A DNA stretch of 64,000 nt, from contig MCFH01000008.1 of NCBI GenBank assembly GCA_002104945.1, positions 930,001 through 994,000 on the forward strand. The letters are read 5' to 3'. Of the stretch, positions 60,394 to 64,000 are shown in pieces. Made by a program: the position numbers and the translations under genes. The DNA is from Piromyces finnis finn. Its lineage: Eukaryota; Fungi; Neocallimastigomycota. The notes beneath the pieces are model-generated. The model was not told where the DNA came from. It saw nothing but the letters and a program-made list of their open reading frames with translations, and searched no databases. How positions within the stretch are numbered: the stretch's first letter is position 1; each line of letters starts with the position of its first letter.

Positions 60394-62812
60394 ATGGATC
60401 ATAATAACCTATATAATGTTGATATAATTAATAATGAACTTCATTTAAATATTGCCTATAAATATAAAAGAGAATCAAGTCATACAGAAAACGTTTATTA
60501 TTGTGTAGTAAGTTCTTTTTATATATATATATTGAAATCCATTTTAAAAGACATTTTAAAAATTTAAATCCTCATATTATTTCTTTTACCATTACCACCA
60601 TTACTATTGTCGTTTTTAAATTTTGTAATTAATTAAATAATTTTAAATATTAAAAGGCTGATGAAGAATGGAGAAAGTTATTTTCAGAAAAAATCAATGA
60701 ACCCATTCCGGATTTAATTTCAGTTAATATTATTAGAAAAGAAGAAATAAATTATAATTTTTGGTATTTTTTACTATTATTTTTTTTTTTTCATATTTTA
60801 TCTTTTAAATTTTCTTTTAATACTAATATTTATTGTATTATAAACAATAATAATGAAAATAAATAAAAAGTCCAGTATTATTTGAGCAAATAAAAGGGTA
60901 TAATAAAAGAGATAGAGATAATGTTGAAGTATTAGATTTTTTTCGAGAATTACAATCAAATGGTCAAAATAATGAAGTAAAAGATGTTAAAGAAATTCAA
61001 TGGGATAAATTTGTCCCAAAACTTTGTGGTCTTAATATTGATTCAGGAACAATATCCAAAGTAAATATAAACATAAATACATACATTTTAATATTCATTT
61101 TTTTTTTTTATTAGCAATGTTGATTCATTATATATAGCTGTTATTAAAAATAAAAATTTTTATAAATGAATAAACAAATAAAAACACAAACAGGGTTTTA
61201 TATATAAAATAATTTCAGTTTTTTATAAAAATTCTCGAATTTTAAAATACTATCCTGATAAAAATGGCAAATATGCATTGGAATTAATTATAAATGAAGA
61301 TGAAAAGAACGATTCTTCTGATTTAAATTATATATCTAATAATTTAGTTGAATTGCTTTTTATGGTTGAAACACCTTCAGCATATTGTTTTATATATAAA
61401 TATTATGAAAATACAGTGGAAGATTTGATAAACTTCAATTCTCATTTATTAAAAAAGTCAGAAACCAAAAAAGCCTTTATCATATATCAACTTTTTGATG
61501 CTTTATATATGCTTCACAGTAATGGTATTATTCATGGTAATTTAAAAATGTCAAATATATTTGTAGATGAGTCCTTATGGATTAGAATAAAAGGTATATG
61601 TTTTGGATTAAATAATAAACGCATAAACCAGGTACCTAAACAGTCTTCAATTAAATATCAAGATAATTCTTTTACTGATTCAATTACTTCTGTCAATGAA
61701 TATGAATCGAATGATTATTTTTCTAGTCTTGTTAGTCAATGGACTGAAGGTTATATTTCAAATTATGATTATATAATGGAATTAAATAAATTAGCAGGAA
61801 GAAGATTTGGTGATCCAAATTTTCATCCCATTTTACCTTGGGTTATTGATTTTAACGGTGATTCACAATTTAGTAGTTGGAGAGATTTAACAAAATCTAA
61901 ATTTCGTATTAATAAAGGTCTGTAAAAAAAAAAAAAAAAAAAAAGAAAAACAAATTTGTTTATTTTATATAAAAATTAATAAAATATTGATTATTTTAAA
62001 TAATTTTTAAATAATTTACAATTATTAATATATATATTTTTATGTGAATAATACTTTTTTTATTGTATATTATATTAATAACATAATAAATACAAAATAA
62101 TGCACGATTATAGGTGATGAACAACTTGATCTTCAATGGAATGATAGCGTTTTCCCACATCATATTACAAACATGTTATCAGATGTGACCTATTATGTTT
62201 ATTTGGCAAGAAAAACATCTGTTCCTGTACTTAAAAACTTTGTTCGTTCTCGTTATAAACCGGATGAATATCCAACATCTATACAAAGATTGTATGAATG
62301 GACTCCAGATGAATGTATACCAGAATTTTATACAGATCCTTCAATTTTTAAATCCATTCATGAAGATATGTGCGATTTACAACTCCCAAAATGGGCTTCT
62401 TCTTTTGAAGATTTTATAAAGAAACATAGAGAGGCTCTTGAAAGTGATTATGTTTCTTCTCGAATTCATTTATGGATTAATCTAACTTTTGGTTATAAGT
62501 TGACAGGAAAAGAAGCAATTAAAGCTAAAAATGTAGCTTTGCCTTTAGTAGCAGATGATCAGAAATTTATGAAACATGGTATTAAACAGTTATTTACAAA
62601 ACCTCATCCTCAACGTATTGTTAAATTTATAGATAAAGAATTATATTTCGCCAAATACTATTTTAATAGAAAACAATTATTGCATCAAACTTTTTCACCT
62701 ATTGAACCAACTGAGAATTTATCTTCTCATCCTATGATATACTTAAAAAATGAAAGTCAACTTCAAAAAACTATTAAAAAGCTTAGTGAACAAGGTAATT
62801 TTATATATATAA

Positions 62813-62843
<31 letters not shown>

Positions 62844-64000
62844 GTATTATCTTTTATAATTATTAACTTAATAACAATACAAATTGTATCAAATTATCTT
62901 TTTTTAAATAAAAATAGGAAATAATGACATTTTATCTGATACCCCAAATTATCCTTATTTTCAAAATAATGAAAATCTTTATATACCTATTAATAATCTA
63001 GTTAATACTTGTCCTTTAAAGATTGATATTCCAGATAAATTTTCTAATGATACCTTTTTAAAAAAATTAGATAATATTGAAAAAATTTCTACTTTTTCTA
63101 ATCTTCACATATCATCTTTAGATAAGCATTATAATAAGGAGCCAAATCAACTTCATAGTACTTTAGACAAATTAAATAATGATAAAGAACGAATGTCATA
63201 TATATACTTAATGACTCAAGATATTTATGATTTATGCCTTTTAGTACTAAAATTCAGTCTTGTTTCCGATAAAAATATTAATTTATTTATTTTAAATGAA
63301 TATCTAAGCAATAAACCAACAGAAGAAAAATTAAAAATATTACTAAATAATGTAATTATAAAATTTAATATATTATTAAAAAAATAGGTAAATTATATAT
63401 ATTATAATATTAAGTATATATAATATTTTAAATTTTTATTGTTAAAATAAATAGATACCACATTCTTTGAAAAATATTTTACATTCTGTTTTATTAAGCA
63501 AATGGAATGATATTCCATTATTAAATACCATTTTTGAAAATTCTAGAAAACCAATAGTTAAAAATAATTCTTTAGCTTTACCATATTCCCTTTATATTTC
63601 AAATATTTATAAATATTTGAAAGAATTTCATCAAATGTAACTATTATTTATATAATACTATATAATATTCTTCTATGGTTATAAGAAAATAATAATATTA
63701 ATAATAATAATAGTAATAATATATATAATTTATTAATTTAAATCTCATATTATAATTTTTATATAATAAGATCTTGGATGCAAAGATTAAATTTAACAAA
63801 AAAATGGATTGAAAGAATTTGTAATTTAAGTGATGAGGTAAAGTAATATTTATATATACATGTTTTAGAATAAGTTTTTCAGTGTGATAAAAAATAATTT
63901 AACAATAATATTAATGTATTATATATTAATTTTATATATAGATGCTTAATATTGTACTACCATTTGTGTTGTCATTATATTCTAATAAAGAAACAAGAGT
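60394..64000 (+). CDS. WDR81: WDR81-like protein: kinase-like domain followed by a BEACH domain; continues beyond the window
   Basis: The spliced exons give LHSNGIIHGNLKMSNIFVD, then ISNYDYIMELNKLAGRRFGDPNFHPILPWVIDF, RDLTKSKFRINK|GDEQLD, WTPDECIPEFYTDPSIF and HLWINLTFGYKLTGKEA..KNV, matching the WDR81-type BEACH domain. The start codon is tentative. Confidence 0.88.

Overview
Very AT-rich, intron-rich eukaryotic DNA (intergenic DNA and introns are almost pure A/T). The composition, gene structure, a flagellum-associated TTLL gene and a strongly codon-biased malic enzyme suggest an anaerobic gut fungus (Neocallimastigomycota); this is an inference. Splicing the exons by hand gives 12 genes. 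From left to right: a partial longin-like gene, a CHZ-domain histone chaperone, a bHLH-ZIP transcription factor, a Zn2Cys6 transcription factor, TRM3, a paralogue of the Zn2Cys6 factor that appears to have lost its zinc cluster, TFIIS, a TTLL polyglutamylase, NUP85, RPS23, malic enzyme and a three-KH-domain protein. A 13th gene, a WDR81-like BEACH gene, runs off the right edge. The accessory DNA between about 37 and 60 kb holds most of the unexplained structure: a young 5'-truncated non-LTR retrotransposon (13-bp TSD, 36-A tail) inserted into a small GC-richer stem-forming island, a ~540-bp non-coding element with ~126-bp direct repeats around a hairpin-rich core, a ~80-bp element bounded by palindromic repeats, and several tandem repeats. 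I found no system that I can show is new from sequence alone. The strongest leads are the structured direct-repeat element (37513-38051), the retrotransposon target island and the zinc-less transcription factor paralogue.
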